A DNA stretch of 63,880 nucleotides, the filler included, from Octopus bimaculoides (Eukaryota), in the NCBI RefSeq assembly GCF_001194135.2. It is 6 parts of 6 records of this genome, joined end to end, with 100 filler letters (N's around TTAATTAATTAA, not from the genome) between each part and the next. Parts side by side here need not be neighbours in the genome. Positions count along the whole stretch, not along the records: positions 60,653 to 63,880 come from NC_068996.1; 5 more parts are not named here. One strand, written 5' to 3'. A program made the position numbers and the translations under genes. Under the pieces are notes generated by a model. That model did not search any database. It saw only the letters and a list, made by a program, of their open reading frames with translations, and had not been told where the DNA came from. This document shows, in pieces, positions 62,989-63,880 of this stretch. The first letter of the stretch is position 1, and the number at the start of each line of letters is the position of its first letter.

Positions 62989-63790
62989 CATTATTATCAT
63001 TATTATTATTCAGTTGTCTTATTTTTATCACATGCTTTCACTGCACTACCGAACGCAGCTCTGTGTGCCTTAGGTATGTGGTGTGGTTTGTTGTGATGCT
63101 CTTATTTTTACTGTATTGAAAGTATTTTCTGTAGGATGTGTGCGGTGCCTAGTAGTGCTATTTTCTGTATGTTATATGTACTCTTTAGTTATGGTGTTTT
63201 CGTTATGTATTTGTCTGATTATTTTTTTATCATACCTAATGCAGTCCACTATGATAGGAATTGTTTCTGTTTTTAGATTCCACATTGGAGTTACCTTTAT
63301 TTCCAGATCTTTGTATTTTGAAAGTTTCTCCGTTTCTTTTAGAGAAACATTGTTATCTGTTGGTATTGATACATCGATTAGAAAGCATTTTTTTCTTAAT
63401 CTCTGACAACTATATTCGGCCTATTGGTCTTAAATTCTCTGTATATTGGCATATCCCAGTGTATGGTTGCTTTCTCGTTTTCTGTGACCTTTTCTGGCGT
63501 GTGCCTATACCATCTTTTTTCTGTTTTCTGCACATTATAAGCTTTGATACTTGGTTGTTATTTATCGTGGGATGCATTTAACATCCAAGTACCAATCTCA
63601 AAATCCTAGCTGTCCCCAGCAGAGCAGTTTTTGGGGGTTTGCTCTGCTGTCATGTCAATTCTGATCTCTCTGACATATTTCTCGAACTTGGTTCCTAGTG
63701 CTCCGAGTGCCCCTACAACTACTGGAATGACAGACGCTCTCCTCATAGTCCACATTCTTGCAATTTCCTCTTTTAGTAGTCTCTACTTTT
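62811..63790 (-). mobile_element. Stack of R4/Dong-type LINE 3' fragments separated by (TAA)n
   Basis: CFLIDVSIP(A/T)D(D/N)NVSLKE.EKLSKYKDLEI occurs twice (62815-62910, 63295-63395); a separate IPVVVGALG...KTALLGTARIL end at 63590-63760. Confidence 0.85.
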
Positions 63791-63793
63791 CAA

Positions 63794-63794
<1 letters not shown>

Positions 63795-63880
<86 letters not shown>
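63795..63880. repeat. (TTA)n microsatellite
   Basis: Direct tandem repeat. Confidence 0.95.

Overview
This is a gappy (about 6.7 kb of N, roughly 10%), AT-rich, repeat-saturated animal genomic window. The tRNA-derived SINE families, the microsatellite load and the LINE types look like an octopod cephalopod (Octopus); this is pattern recognition, not a database result. No complete host gene, rRNA, true tRNA or CRISPR array is visible, and most ORFs in the supplied track are microsatellite or gap artefacts. Five identical N44-TTAATTAATTAA-N44 linkers show that the window is at least six separately assembled pieces joined artificially. Recognisable content: at least four SINE families (about 30 copies) and remnants of two different Penelope-like elements. 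It also holds L1/Tx1-like LINEs (EN-RT plus a separate CCHC ORF1), several R4/Dong-type LINE pieces sitting in (TAA)n tracts, an RTE 3' end, a Helitron PIF1 helicase with its CTAG terminus, a DD37D (maT) transposase fragment and a hAT-like MITE. The best leads are: two minimal hammerhead-ribozyme folds with non-canonical cores (20123-20177, 28478-28514); a duplicated, splice-site-bounded exon encoding a signal-peptide-like N-terminus (21331-21405, with a frameshifted copy at 24070-24143); a 23-bp palindromic CTCF-like site; a 407-bp foldback element; a perfect 139-bp inverted repeat; and a SINE 3' tail resembling the 3' end of a Tx1-like LINE.
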